From the IMG/VR virus record IMGVR_UViG_3300044961_000667: a stretch of 64,000 nt of DNA. One strand, written 5' to 3'. Below are positions 26,926 through 36,359 of this stretch, piece by piece. The stretch's first letter is position 1. The number at the start of each line of letters is the position of its first letter. Origin of the DNA: a virus (Duplodnaviria; Caudoviricetes). The notes beneath the pieces are model-generated. The model searched no databases. It was not told the DNA's origin and saw only the letters and a program-made list of their open reading frames with translations. The position numbers and the translations under genes are program-made.

Positions 26926-28429
26926 AGCCTTGGCCGACAGTCCCCTGTCCTCCCTTCCTCAGCACGAAGGGCGTTCCGAACTTCTTGTAGAACTCCTCTC
27001 GGCGGCCCGACATCGCAGCGAAGTCGTCGATCAACTGGTCGATGAAGTCGACGACCAGCGGCTCCTTCTTGCCGTCGAATGGCCGCAAGATGCGCCCCAC
27101 CGCCTGCTCCACATCCGACTTCGGCGAAGCCAGGAACAGCGTGTCCACCCACGGGAGATCAAGTCCCTCCGCGGCCATCTGGTAGGTGCCGAGGATGACA
27201 TCAGCGCGCCCCGCCACCTCAAGCTCTTCCTCGGAGCGCCCGCCGACGTAGAAGTCGGTCCACGCAGAGGCCGGCACCTCCAGGGGACCACGCACCTTCT
27301 CGAACTGAGCCTTGATGCGGTCGAGGTGCTTCAGCTTCTCACTCAAGACCAGCACCTTGCGGCCGGCCTTCACCGCACGCCCCAGCTCTTCGGCGATGAA
27401 CCTGTTCCGCACCTCGTTCGCGCACAGGATCTTCATCTTGGTGGAACGCGTCAGCTGTCCAGGCTCCATCGTCGGCGTCCGGAAGATGTCGAACGACGTG
27501 GTCGCCCGCCGAATCTTCGGGATCAGCCGCCGCTCCGTCGCGGTGAAGCCGATCGTCCCCAAGTGCCAGAAGAACGCGTTCTCGCAGCCGTCCTTTCGTC
27601 TCGGCGTCGCGGTGAGTCCGAGTCGGAACCTGGCGGTGAACAGCGGGCAGACTGGCACCCAGGTCGGCGCACCCATGCGGTGCTCCTCGTCGGCGATGAT
27701 CAGCCCGAACGAGTGCACCATGTCGGGCGGGAACCTGGTCTTCCCCTCCCAGTCCGGCGGACCCTTGCCGACGGTGTAGCCGTGCTTCTTCATCTCGCCA
27801 GCCCACGCGCCCAACGACTGGATCATGCCGATGCAGACGTCAGCGTCCAGCTCGGCCTTCTGCTCCTGGATGAGGCCGATCTTGATGCCCGGCATCACCG
27901 TCTGCAGGCGCTCTCTCCACTGGTTCAGCAGGAACTCCTTGTGGACGAGCACGAGCGTCTTGCGCCGAATCTCCGAGATGACCGACGCAGCCCAGATCGT
28001 CTTGCCCCAGCCGGTGGGAGCCTGGAGGCTCGTCCCCAGTGACGCCGGCGAGGGCTCGAATGTGGCCTTGTACCGGTCGACGACGTGCTGCTTGGCCTTC
28101 AGCTGCTCCTCACGCAGCTTGAACTCCTTCCACACCCCTTCGGGCGAGAGGATGCGCTCGGCCATCTTCGCCCGCTCCGTCGGGATCTCAGCGCCGTCGG
28201 CGACCTCGATCGAGTACGCGTGGTTCTCCCGCCTGTTGGCGAAGAACCATTCGCGCGGGACGCGAAGGAACTCTTCGTCTTCCTCGTACAGCCGAATCGG
28301 CAGCACCATGTCCTGGTGCTCGCTCGTCTTCCGCGGCTGAATCGTCAGCATGTCGCGGATGACGGCAAGTCGTCCGTGGTTCAGGTCGCTCTTCGGCAGA
28401 GCCACCCAACCTGAAATCTTCACTCGCAT
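26918..28429 (-). CDS. SF2 helicase, UvsW/XPB-like
   Basis: APTGWGKT, LVLVHK, DEEH, GLTATPRRKDG, EGLDLP, QAVGRILR. Confidence 0.9.
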   Translation of the reverse strand: MRVKISGWVALPKSDLNHGRLAVIRDMLTIQPRKTSEHQDMVLPIRLYEEDEEFLRVPREWFFANRRENHAYSIEVADGAEIPTERAKMAERILSPEGVWKEFKLREEQLKAKQHVVDRYKATFEPSPASLGTSLQAPTGWGKTIWAASVISEIRRKTLVLVHKEFLLNQWRERLQTVMPGIKIGLIQEQKAELDADVCIGMIQSLGAWAGEMKKHGYTVGKGPPDWEGKTRFPPDMVHSFGLIIADEEHRMGAPTWVPVCPLFTARFRLGLTATPRRKDGCENAFFWHLGTIGFTATERRLIPKIRRATTSFDIFRTPTMEPGQLTRSTKMKILCANEVRNRFIAEELGRAVKAGRKVLVLSEKLKHLDRIKAQFEKVRGPLEVPASAWTDFYVGGRSEEELEVAGRADVILGTYQMAAEGLDLPWVDTLFLASPKSDVEQAVGRILRPFDGKKEPLVVDFIDQLIDDFAAMSGRREEFYKKFGTPFVLRKGGQGTVGQGSS

Positions 28430-28512
28430 TCGTGAGCCTCGGAGAAGACTCGGCCCGCGCCATCATCCGTGGACAGTGGCGCGGGCCGGAGAGATTTGCC
28501 TACTGCGTCAGC

Positions 28513-29253
28513 TCAGAACGGGACGTCTTCGTCCGCCTGGTTGCTGGCGCCGCCGCCACTGCTGCCACCACCACCGCCGTTCTTGATCTGCTCGTACACG
28601 TTGAGCAGCTCCTTGCGGGTGCGGGGCTTGATGGTCTTCGTGAAGTCGAACGGGTCCAGGTTGAACTTCTCGATGAACTCCGACTTCGCGCCCTGCGCCT
28701 TGAAGTGCGACTTGCAGGCGTCGAGCAGCTCGGGGAGCTTCCACTCCTTCACGAACTCCATGTCGTCGCCGGTCGCCGGCGTCTGGTCACCGGAGTCGCG
28801 GGTGAACGCGAACTCGACGCCGATGAGCGAGCCACGCTTCTCCTTGTGACGCTTGATCTTCGCGGCGATCTTGTCCTTCGCCGCGAAGGTCTGCTTCTGG
28901 TACTTGATGATCTTCCCGTCGTCCTTCTTCCACTCCGACAGGTCGAGGATCGAGAACAGGCCGATGAAGTACTTGTTGATCGGCAGCTTCTCGTTGCGCC
29001 CCACGTCGAGCGGGCACGGACCATCGATCATCGAGATGCAGACGTCGTGGTTGCCCCACTGACCGTTGAGCTTGTAGTCGTGCTCCCAGAAGCCGAACGG
29101 ATCGTCCGACAGGAACACGATGTTCTTCGTGTTGAACTGCCCTGGCTTGGGCTTCGGGATGAAGAACCGACGCGGACCGAACTCACGCGCACGCTCTTCC
29201 TTCGCCTTCTCGTAACCGCCGAATCCGGTACCCCACCACTGTCCACTGGTCAT
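28513..29253 (-). CDS. Phage-type ssDNA-binding protein (gp32-like) with acidic DEDVPF tail
   Basis: Aromatic-rich core with H...C...CP (possible Zn site), Gly linker and SSB-type C-terminus; ATG after GGAG. Confidence 0.7.
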   Translation of the reverse strand: MTSGQWWGTGFGGYEKAKEERAREFGPRRFFIPKPKPGQFNTKNIVFLSDDPFGFWEHDYKLNGQWGNHDVCISMIDGPCPLDVGRNEKLPINKYFIGLFSILDLSEWKKDDGKIIKYQKQTFAAKDKIAAKIKRHKEKRGSLIGVEFAFTRDSGDQTPATGDDMEFVKEWKLPELLDACKSHFKAQGAKSEFIEKFNLDPFDFTKTIKPRTRKELLNVYEQIKNGGGGGSSGGGASNQADEDVPF

Positions 29254-29337
29254 TTCGACTCTCCGTGCGGATTTCCCGCTGTTGGTGCCCCATCTAGGGC
29301 CGTTGCCCGGCGACATGCCGGTGACTGCTCTTCTACA

Positions 29338-29691
29338 TCAGGATGCGGCGGTCGAGGAAGTGCTCAACGGCAATTCCCCATCCTTCTGCTTCGACTTCCT
29401 CGGGTTGGCAGGCTGCACCTCCCCGTACCTTCCAGCGATCTCCAACGCCAGGTTCTTCGCGCGCTGCCTGCAGTTCTCGCACAGGTGCTCGAAGACGATC
29501 TGCACGCCGAGGACATCGACGTTCAGCTTGGTGGCGAACTTCTCGGCCTCCTCAGCCTGCAGCTTGTCGAAGTCGCTCACCGGACCGGACTGCTCCGGAC
29601 GCTCCCTCTTCACCCGCTCGTGGACCAGCTGGGCCAGGTCAGTCATCTTGTGACAGCGATCGCATTCTGCCGTTTGCCTCGTGTGAATCAT
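29338..29691 (-). CDS. Zinc-finger protein (CDRC...CENC)
   Basis: Two CxxC pairs. Confidence 0.6.
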   Translation of the reverse strand: MIHTRQTAECDRCHKMTDLAQLVHERVKRERPEQSGPVSDFDKLQAEEAEKFATKLNVDVLGVQIVFEHLCENCRQRAKNLALEIAGRYGEVQPANPRKSKQKDGELPLSTSSTAAS

Positions 29692-30986
29692 CGCGTTCCT
29701 CCGGGTTCCGTCTGAGAGCCAGGATGCACCGTAACACCATCAGCGATTTCGTCAAGAGGAGAGTACGCGGGCTCGTAGTTCACCAGCTTGGCGAACTCCT
29801 CTTTCGACATCTCTCCTGGGTCAAGCCCATTCGGCGGCATCACCACCCTCACCGGCATCACCTGACCCAACGCCTTCTTGATGCGCTCGCCGATCTCGAT
29901 GCCGGGCTGGTCGCCGTCAGGCACGACAATCACCTCGTCGACCCACTGCGACAGCTTCTGCTGATGCACCGGAGACATCGAGCCACCCATGACGGCGAAG
30001 ACGTTGCGGTAGCCCATCCGGTACAGCCCCATCACGTCCGCAAAGCCTTCAACCAAGATGGCTCGGCGCTCCTCCTCCACTCGCTTGTGCTCCCCGTACA
30101 GGAACAGGTTCCTCAGGAACTTCTGCCGGTGGAAGAACTTGCTCGGCTTGGTCCGTCGGCAACTGGGGCACGCGTTCTCCATCTCCTTCTTGCCGTGCTC
30201 TACGCAGTCGCCGCCTGGGAAGAACTTCTTGCACTTGAGGCAGTACGGCTCGAACAGCGAGTAGTCCACCCTGTCTCGGCATGCACACCGTTGGTCGATC
30301 AAACGGCCGCTCCACCCGACGAGGCGCTGCTTGCAGTCACGCACGGGGAAGATCACACGCCACGATCTGAACCACTTCTGCTTCAGGTTCTTGTCGACGT
30401 AGGGCACCTTGTCGACGACTCCCAGCTCCCAGAATCGAGCGTCGGTGAGCGTCAGCTTGCGCTTCTCCAGGAACTCCCGAGCCCACTGCTTCACCTCCGC
30501 GGGCACCGGCTTCTTCCACAGCGCCGCCTCCTCGTCTGGCACCAGCTCGACGCCCTTCTGTAGCTCATCGAGGTTCGTACCCAGGATCTTGCGCGCCTGG
30601 TCCGCGGTGACTCGAACACCACCGATGTCGACCGGCGGGAGGCGCTCGTAGGTGAGCACCTTCTTCCCGACTCGCTGTCGCACGTCGTGCTTCTCGTGCT
30701 CGTAGACGAACCGGATCATCTCCGACATGTCCCGGCCGCTGTGCATCTGGATCGCCCAGACCAGCTCCTTCAGATCGGAGCCCTTCGCGCCGCACGTTGC
30801 CGACATGCAGTAGAAGCCCGAAGGCCCGTCAGGCACGATCTTCACGCCGAAGGACGGGTGCGTGTCGTAGCCCTTCTGGTGCTTCCACTGCGCCAGGGGA
30901 CACGTCGAGTTGACGTAGCTCCTGCTTTGCTTGAACCGCGTTCCGCCGAGCTTCGTCAGAAACTCGACGATGTCTGGGGCCAACAT
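29688..30986 (-). CDS. DNA primase (Zn-binding plus TOPRIM) with extra Cys-rich insertion
   Basis: CP...H...DTHPSF...YCMSATC zinc domain; FPVRD; ILVEGFADV; VPDGDQPG; DPGEM. Confidence 0.9.
   Translation of the reverse strand: MLAPDIVEFLTKLGGTRFKQSRSYVNSTCPLAQWKHQKGYDTHPSFGVKIVPDGPSGFYCMSATCGAKGSDLKELVWAIQMHSGRDMSEMIRFVYEHEKHDVRQRVGKKVLTYERLPPVDIGGVRVTADQARKILGTNLDELQKGVELVPDEEAALWKKPVPAEVKQWAREFLEKRKLTLTDARFWELGVVDKVPYVDKNLKQKWFRSWRVIFPVRDCKQRLVGWSGRLIDQRCACRDRVDYSLFEPYCLKCKKFFPGGDCVEHGKKEMENACPSCRRTKPSKFFHRQKFLRNLFLYGEHKRVEEERRAILVEGFADVMGLYRMGYRNVFAVMGGSMSPVHQQKLSQWVDEVIVVPDGDQPGIEIGERIKKALGQVMPVRVVMPPNGLDPGEMSKEEFAKLVNYEPAYSPLDEIADGVTVHPGSQTEPGGTR
29728..29759 (-). promoter_or_regulatory. 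CCTC-TTGACG-16-TACGGT promoter inside the primase 3' end
   Basis: -35 at 29750-29755; TG extended -10. Confidence 0.6.
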
Positions 30987-31026
30987 CTCCGCACCTCGCT
31001 GTCATCGACATCCATCAGAACTGCAT

Positions 31027-31878
31027 CTACGCCAGCAGCTTCGCCCAGGTGACGGGCCCAACCGCGCCATCCACCTTGAGCCCGTTCGCCTGTTGGAAGC
31101 TGCGCACGATCACGTCCAGCCCGCCTTGCCAGTCTCCGTCGATCTTCCCGACGTTGTAGCCCTTCTTCGCCAGTGCTCGCTGCAGGTCTTCCACCCACGG
31201 GTTCAACATCCCGAAGGTGAGCGTCGGCCGCATGGCCGGTCCCTCGACGGCGAACCGGAACAGATCCTTCGCAGTCCACACCGTCACGCCCACGGTCGGC
31301 AGCTTCTTGAAGTGCGTCTCGACCAGAGACATGAACTTCTTCCAGGGTACGCCATCCCACCCGCCGGCGACGTTCAGGCAGCCGGCAGACCAGTTGCCGA
31401 TCAGCTTCGTGCCGCCCGCGTGCACGTTCACGCCGAACGAGCCAATCGCCACCTTCTCACCGGGCGACGGCACGAAGTTCTTGTCCAGATCGCGCCACAC
31501 ACGGTTGATCTCCTTGAACGCGCGAAGCGCCGGGCGACCACCAGCTGCCGGGTGCAGCCCACGCACGTACAGGTGCTGACCGAAGGTGAGGTGCGCCTGG
31601 CCCAGCGGGTTGTTGAGGTACTGCGGATCAGCACCTGGGTCGACGGTCCCGAGGAAAGCGTGCGCTTCCGAAGCCCCCACTTCCGTCCGGTTCGCGACGA
31701 TGATCGTGTCGTTGTACTCGTTGACCGCGTTGGCGTTCAGCTCCAACGAGCCGTCAGCTCTCGGGTTCGCCCCCTGCACCGCGAGCAGGTTCATCTCTCC
31801 AACGCCGAGGTCGACGCGCACGCGGAGGTACGCAAGGAACTTCGTCACCAAGTCGTAGCTGATGCTCAGCGTGCTCAT
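31027..31878 (-). CDS. Putative endolysin: YkuD-like catalytic domain plus C-terminal peptidoglycan-binding domain
   Basis: VNVHAG...NWSAGC His/Cys motif; LQRALAKKGYNVGKIDG...VRSFQQANGLKVDGAVGPVTW (PG_binding_1). Confidence 0.8.
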   Translation of the reverse strand: MSTLSISYDLVTKFLAYLRVRVDLGVGEMNLLAVQGANPRADGSLELNANAVNEYNDTIIVANRTEVGASEAHAFLGTVDPGADPQYLNNPLGQAHLTFGQHLYVRGLHPAAGGRPALRAFKEINRVWRDLDKNFVPSPGEKVAIGSFGVNVHAGGTKLIGNWSAGCLNVAGGWDGVPWKKFMSLVETHFKKLPTVGVTVWTAKDLFRFAVEGPAMRPTLTFGMLNPWVEDLQRALAKKGYNVGKIDGDWQGGLDVIVRSFQQANGLKVDGAVGPVTWAKLLA

Positions 31879-31879
31879 G

Positions 31880-32263
31880 TCAGTCTCGCTTTCGAGGGGC
31901 CGGTCCAGGGCCGCCCATGCCGGACATGGGAATCCTACTCCTGGTCTGCATGTCCCGTCGCAGCTCTTCCAGCATCTCCGCCTTGTCCACGAGATCGCCG
32001 GTCTTCTTGCTCAGCAGCTTCACCTTCTCGGTGACGATGTCGAACTCCTCCATCGTGAGATCGAACTCGCGAGCGTCGGTCTCGGTCTTCACCCAGTCGG
32101 GACGCACGCACTCTGCGCGCACACGGACCCGCACCATCTTGTCGGCGATCTGCCCGAAGTTCCTCTCGTGGTACACGCCCGAGAGCATCCACACCGCCCC
32201 CAGGATGCAGAAGACGAACGTCGCCTTCAGAGCCACGACCACCGCGGTCCATGCCTTCGCCAT
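31880..32263 (-). CDS. Membrane-anchored coiled-coil protein (possible spanin or holin-associated)
   Basis: N-terminal TM helix followed by coiled coil; adjacent to the endolysin; ATG after AAGGAG. Confidence 0.5.
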   Translation of the reverse strand: MAKAWTAVVVALKATFVFCILGAVWMLSGVYHERNFGQIADKMVRVRVRAECVRPDWVKTETDAREFDLTMEEFDIVTEKVKLLSKKTGDLVDKAEMLEELRRDMQTRSRIPMSGMGGPGPAPRKRD

Positions 32264-32289
32264 GTTGTCTCCTTTGGGGGCCGGCGCCC

Positions 32290-32580
32290 TCAAGCGCTTT
32301 GCTTCGCCAGCCATTCCTTGAAGCGCCGCCCGGCCGGACTCAGCGCCTTCACCGAGATGCCGGCTGTTCCGGCGTTCTCGACAACTTCGACCTGGATGTC
32401 TCGACCGAAGTCGAACTCCGAGTCTTTGAACTGGTCGGCCGCCGTCCTCATCGCCTTCTCGACGTTGGAACGCACCAGCCGCAGCATCGTCTGCGGGCCC
32501 TGGTCCTCACGCACGGCCGACGTCAACAGCTTCTGCTGCTCCACCTGCATCGTCGCCAGAATCTGCTTCACGGTCGGCAT
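32290..32580 (-). CDS. Hypothetical protein
   Basis: 96 aa; TGATG-coupled to the helicase. Confidence 0.6.
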   Translation of the reverse strand: MPTVKQILATMQVEQQKLLTSAVREDQGPQTMLRLVRSNVEKAMRTAADQFKDSEFDFGRDIQVEVVENAGTAGISVKALSPAGRRFKEWLAKQSA

Positions 32581-33911
32581 CAGAAGGTCACCTCGTCATC
32601 ATCGGGCGCACCCTCCTGCGTATGGGTCGGTGCAGTCAACACCTGGGAGGCAGGTCGGAACCCGTCGCTGAAGTCCGAGTCCTGGTACTCAGCCGAGCGT
32701 CCCTCTTCGGTGAAGTCCATCATGTCGAAGTCCCATCGCAGGTGGACGTCGAAGCCTTCTCCTTCGCGGAGCTTCATCGGCTTCACCATCATCTTCTTCT
32801 CCGCCGCCATGTCGTCGGTCTGCACCATGCCGTACAGGTTGTCGGAGTTCTGGTTGATCGCGTCGGTGAAGCCGACGTTGTCCTGCTCGGCCCCTTCCTT
32901 GTCGTTCTTGCTGCCCTTCTTGAACTGCGACGTGAACACGTACGGAATGCCGAATCGTTTCGGCTGCCGCTTGGCCTCGTCCAGCACCTCGGCGACTCGC
33001 GTGTAGCGGTCGTCCTTCTTGCCGCCTCGGGCTCGCTGCTTCATCAGGTAGATGCCGTCGATGAAGACGATCGTCGGCTTCACCTCGCGCACCGCTTCGT
33101 CGACCGCCTCCATCGTCATGTCGAAGTCGCCACCGACGATGTTCAGGTTCGCCTCCTTGATCAGGAGCTTCACCTTCTCCCGCATCGAGTTCTCGACGAA
33201 CTCGCCCAGCTTGCCCTTGCGGAACTGCTTGAACGGCAGCTTCAGGTGCGCGCTGTAGAAGCGCATCGCCATCTTCATCTGGCTCATCTCGGTGGAAACC
33301 ACCAACGGCCTCTCGCCCTGGAGCCACGCCTGCCGCATCATCAGCGTCAGCAGCCACGTCTTGCCGATGCCGGGACGAGCAATCACCCCGACGAGATCCT
33401 CAGGCCAGAAGCCCATCGTCATCTCGTTGATCGACGGCCAGGGAGTCAGGATGCCGTGCGCGCCCGCCTTCATCTTCTCGTAGTGCTCCAGCACCTTCTC
33501 GCCGAGCGCCAGGAGCGACTCGACCTTCGACGCGGTCAACCCCACCTTCCGCGCCGCATCGACGACAGCCAGCATCTCGGTGAAGGCTTCCTGCGGCTTC
33601 CGCTGTTCGAGGCCGACGGTGATCTTCTCCATCCCATCCTGCAGCACGTTGAACAACGCGCGGTTCATCACCTCCTGCTCAAGAAACGGCAGCACCGCGT
33701 CCGACTCGTCGAGGACAATCCCGAGGTTCACCTCGGTCAGCTCCGGGCTCGGCAGCGATCCATGCTCGCCGAGGTACTTCGTCGCCCAGGCGAAGGCCGC
33801 CTTCCCTTCCCCGAAGAGGTGATCCTCGTTGATGCCCACCTTGACGACATGCGCGTACGCCTTGCTGCCGCCCTCCAGCATCTTCCGCACGAACACCTTG
33901 TCGAGGTTCAA
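32580..33911 (-). CDS. dnaB: DnaB-like SF4 replicative helicase
   Basis: IARPGIGKT, VSTEMS, VFIDGIYLM, TSQF, DAINQNSD, KLREG; TTG start. Confidence 0.9.
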   Translation of the reverse strand: MNLDKVFVRKMLEGGSKAYAHVVKVGINEDHLFGEGKAAFAWATKYLGEHGSLPSPELTEVNLGIVLDESDAVLPFLEQEVMNRALFNVLQDGMEKITVGLEQRKPQEAFTEMLAVVDAARKVGLTASKVESLLALGEKVLEHYEKMKAGAHGILTPWPSINEMTMGFWPEDLVGVIARPGIGKTWLLTLMMRQAWLQGERPLVVSTEMSQMKMAMRFYSAHLKLPFKQFRKGKLGEFVENSMREKVKLLIKEANLNIVGGDFDMTMEAVDEAVREVKPTIVFIDGIYLMKQRARGGKKDDRYTRVAEVLDEAKRQPKRFGIPYVFTSQFKKGSKNDKEGAEQDNVGFTDAINQNSDNLYGMVQTDDMAAEKKMMVKPMKLREGEGFDVHLRWDFDMMDFTEEGRSAEYQDSDFSDGFRPASQVLTAPTHTQEGAPDDDEVTF

Positions 33912-34597
33912 GAGTCACCTCCACCCAGCAGCCGCGCCAATCGCTCAGCCTCTCGTTCTCGCAAGTCGCTCCCCGAAACCTTCACCGGCAACACGCTGGC
34001 CGTCAGCACCGCGACCATCGACTCGCGGTAGCCACCCTTCGCCGGCTCTACGAAGTCGTCCTGCGTGAGGTTCGTCGTGAGGATCAGAGCCCGCCGCTCA
34101 GCAGAACGCGTGCGCACCACGTCCTCGTACAGTCTTTCGGCGGTACCCTTCACGTCGGACCCCTCCTTGCCGATGTCGTCGATCACCAGCAGGTCCACCT
34201 CGCCAGCACGCTGCTTGACGGTCACGTAGTCGTCGTACATCGCGCCGCTGAAGACCGCGTCTCGAAAGTCGGCCGCCCTCACGAAGAAGGCGCTCTTGCC
34301 CAGCCGCATCGTCTCCTTCGCGATCACCGCGGCGATCGACGTCTTCCCGACACCGTTCTCGCCCCACAACAGCAGTCCGTAGCCCTGGTCGAGCATCATC
34401 GGCAGCGCTTCGAGGTACTTCTTCACCACATCCCGATGCGGACCAGGCTGAACCTCGTCGAAGGTCGACTGCCAGTAGCGCTTCGGAAGACGCAGACGCT
34501 GCAGGTCCGATGCCTTCAACCGGCGCCGCTCAGCCTGGGCCTTCACCACTTGCGGCGCCGCTTCGCTCTTCACGATCTCGTCTGCCATGGCTCTCAC
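33908..34597 (-). CDS. DnaC/IstB-like AAA+ helicase loader
   Basis: LLLWGENGVGKT, LLVIDDIGKE, ILTTNL; lies between the initiator and the helicase. Confidence 0.88.
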   Translation of the reverse strand: MRAMADEIVKSEAAPQVVKAQAERRRLKASDLQRLRLPKRYWQSTFDEVQPGPHRDVVKKYLEALPMMLDQGYGLLLWGENGVGKTSIAAVIAKETMRLGKSAFFVRAADFRDAVFSGAMYDDYVTVKQRAGEVDLLVIDDIGKEGSDVKGTAERLYEDVVRTRSAERRALILTTNLTQDDFVEPAKGGYRESMVAVLTASVLPVKVSGSDLREREAERLARLLGGGDS

Positions 34598-35721
34598 TTT
34601 CGCTTCGCCCAGCCGATCACCGGCGAGCGTTCAGCGGACTTCTCGTCGAACTCACCCCTCATGCGCCCCGTCTTCTGCTCGGCGCTCTTGTCGCCGAAGC
34701 TGAAGCCCTGGGTCTCGGTGAAGATCGTGTTGCCGAAGCCCATGAGGATCCCGAGCGTCGGGGAACCGGAGACACCCATCCTCGACGAGAGGCTCTCCCA
34801 GTTCTCCACCGCGTACGAGATCCCCTTCTTCACGAGATCGAGCGGGTACTGCTTCAACAGCGTCTTCAGCTGCCCCCGCTCCTTGCCGGTCCACTCGCCG
34901 ATCACCAGCTGCGGGAACTTCGCCTTCAACGCCTGGCGGTAGTGATCCTCGACTTCGATCTCGTCTCGACGCCACGGCTCGACCTCGGCCGGCTTCCCGG
35001 TCTTCTTCCCGCCGCGGGCCTTCTTCGGCTCCGGCTCCGTCCTCGCCCGCTCCAGCAGATCGTGCGCCCCTCTCACGACACGGCGCTCAACCTTGGCCGC
35101 GTGAGCGGCAGCTGTCTGTGCAATCGATTGCGCTTCCGCGGCGCGGAGCCGGGCGTCCCTGTCGTCGGCCGTTGTTGATGCCGAGGGGCCACCGTCACCC
35201 AGGACCTCGGAAGCCAACGGGCCCTGCGAAGCAGGCCCCATTTTCTCTGAGTCTCTTCCCTGATTCTCCTTCAACTGACTCTCTTCCCTTGTCACCCCAT
35301 CCATGAGGTCAGGGTGACCGCGTACGTGCGGTGGGGGTGACCTCACATGTGAGGTGGGGGTGCCATCATCCGTGATGTCAGGGTCCTCCTCGGAAGCTGG
35401 ATCAGCGAACATCCACGGGTGGTCTCGGAACCTGTAGAGACTCGGGAGCCCAGCAGCCTGCCGAAGCTCGACCTGGATCAGTCCGTGGTCCCTCAACTCG
35501 GCGACGTACCTCTGAGCCTGCGCCTCGCTGATCGCCAGCTCACGAGCCAGCGTCTTCATCTTCGGGAACGCCACGCCCTTCCGCCCAGCGAACTGGCACA
35601 GCCTCGCATAGGCCAGCTTCGCTCCAGCCTGGATCTCAGGCCGGCAAAGCAGCCAGTTCGGCACGAACGCGCCGATGAACTGGTTCCACGGGTTGATCAG
35701 TCGTTCCCCATCATTCGCCAT
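34594..35721 (-). CDS. Replication initiator (lambda O-like, N-terminal HTH)
   Basis: AKLAYARLCQFAGRKGVAFPKMKTLARELAISEAQAQRYVAELRDHGLI wHTH; internal iterons; upstream of loader and helicase. Confidence 0.85.
   Translation of the reverse strand: MANDGERLINPWNQFIGAFVPNWLLCRPEIQAGAKLAYARLCQFAGRKGVAFPKMKTLARELAISEAQAQRYVAELRDHGLIQVELRQAAGLPSLYRFRDHPWMFADPASEEDPDITDDGTPTSHVRSPPPHVRGHPDLMDGVTREESQLKENQGRDSEKMGPASQGPLASEVLGDGGPSASTTADDRDARLRAAEAQSIAQTAAAHAAKVERRVVRGAHDLLERARTEPEPKKARGGKKTGKPAEVEPWRRDEIEVEDHYRQALKAKFPQLVIGEWTGKERGQLKTLLKQYPLDLVKKGISYAVENWESLSSRMGVSGSPTLGILMGFGNTIFTETQGFSFGDKSAEQKTGRMRGEFDEKSAERSPVIGWAKRK
35118..35133. promoter_or_regulatory. GTGCAATCGATTGCGC palindrome (copy 3, intragenic)
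   Basis: Encodes AQSIA within the initiator gene. Confidence 0.75.
35302..35393. repeat. Four iteron-like repeats with exact 23-bp period (putative origin)
   Basis: catgaggtcagggtgac / cgtgcggtgggggtgac / tgtgaggtgggggtgcc / cgtgatgtcagggtcct start at 35302, 35325, 35348 and 35371. Confidence 0.8.
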
Positions 35722-35819
35722 GGCCACCTCAGCGCCAGAGTCCCCCTCCGGCAAAGACGGCACCAACCGCTGGCAGCCATCGCTGCCTCAGCCAGCAGGA
35801 AGTGTCGGGAATGAGTCGG

Positions 35820-35852
35820 CAAGTACCTCACGCCTCAGAGATCGTCAAGAGG
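35820..35852 (-). promoter_or_regulatory. CCTC-TTGACG-17-TACTTG promoter upstream of the initiator
   Basis: -35 at 35843-35848. Confidence 0.6.
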
Positions 35853-35870
35853 ATCATGCGGTAAGGCGGA

Positions 35871-36359
35871 TCACTGCTGCGAAACTGCCTCGAAGCCCAG
35901 CTTCACCGCGGTGCCCGACTTGGTGTGCACGAAGCCTTCGCCGTCGCGCCACTGCAGCCCGACGTCTTCACCCAACGTCTTCTGCACCATCGCTCGGGCC
36001 AGCACCGTCACTCGGTGCTTCACCTGCTCGGACTTGTTCGGGTCCTGGTCGCGATGCAGGCTCAGCAGCACGTCCATCTTGTACGGGTGGCTGGATCCCG
36101 CCTTCTTCTCGAACTTCACCGCCACCGCCCATCGACATCTCTCGGGATCGGACGCGTCGAACCTCGGGTCCTTCATGCCCAGCTTCCGCGCCCGCCTCAG
36201 CGTGAACGGCAAGTGCCTCATCACCAACGTGATCCCCGACGGAGCCACGTTGGCCACCGCGGACGGCGGCGGCGCCAGTTCCAGGATGGCCGGGTGCTGT
36301 GCGCCCGCCTTCGCGAACTTCTCGATCAACACCGCCATCAGACTCGCCGACTGGCCCAT
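35871..36359 (-). CDS. Hypothetical protein
   Basis: 162 aa, typical codon usage. Confidence 0.6.
   Translation of the reverse strand: MGQSASLMAVLIEKFAKAGAQHPAILELAPPPSAVANVAPSGITLVMRHLPFTLRRARKLGMKDPRFDASDPERCRWAVAVKFEKKAGSSHPYKMDVLLSLHRDQDPNKSEQVKHRVTVLARAMVQKTLGEDVGLQWRDGEGFVHTKSGTAVKLGFEAVSQQ

Noticed and set aside
27690-27705. DEEH instead of DEAH/DECH in the UvsW-like helicase
   Set aside because: The catalytic DE and H are retained and the third position is variable in DExH helicases.
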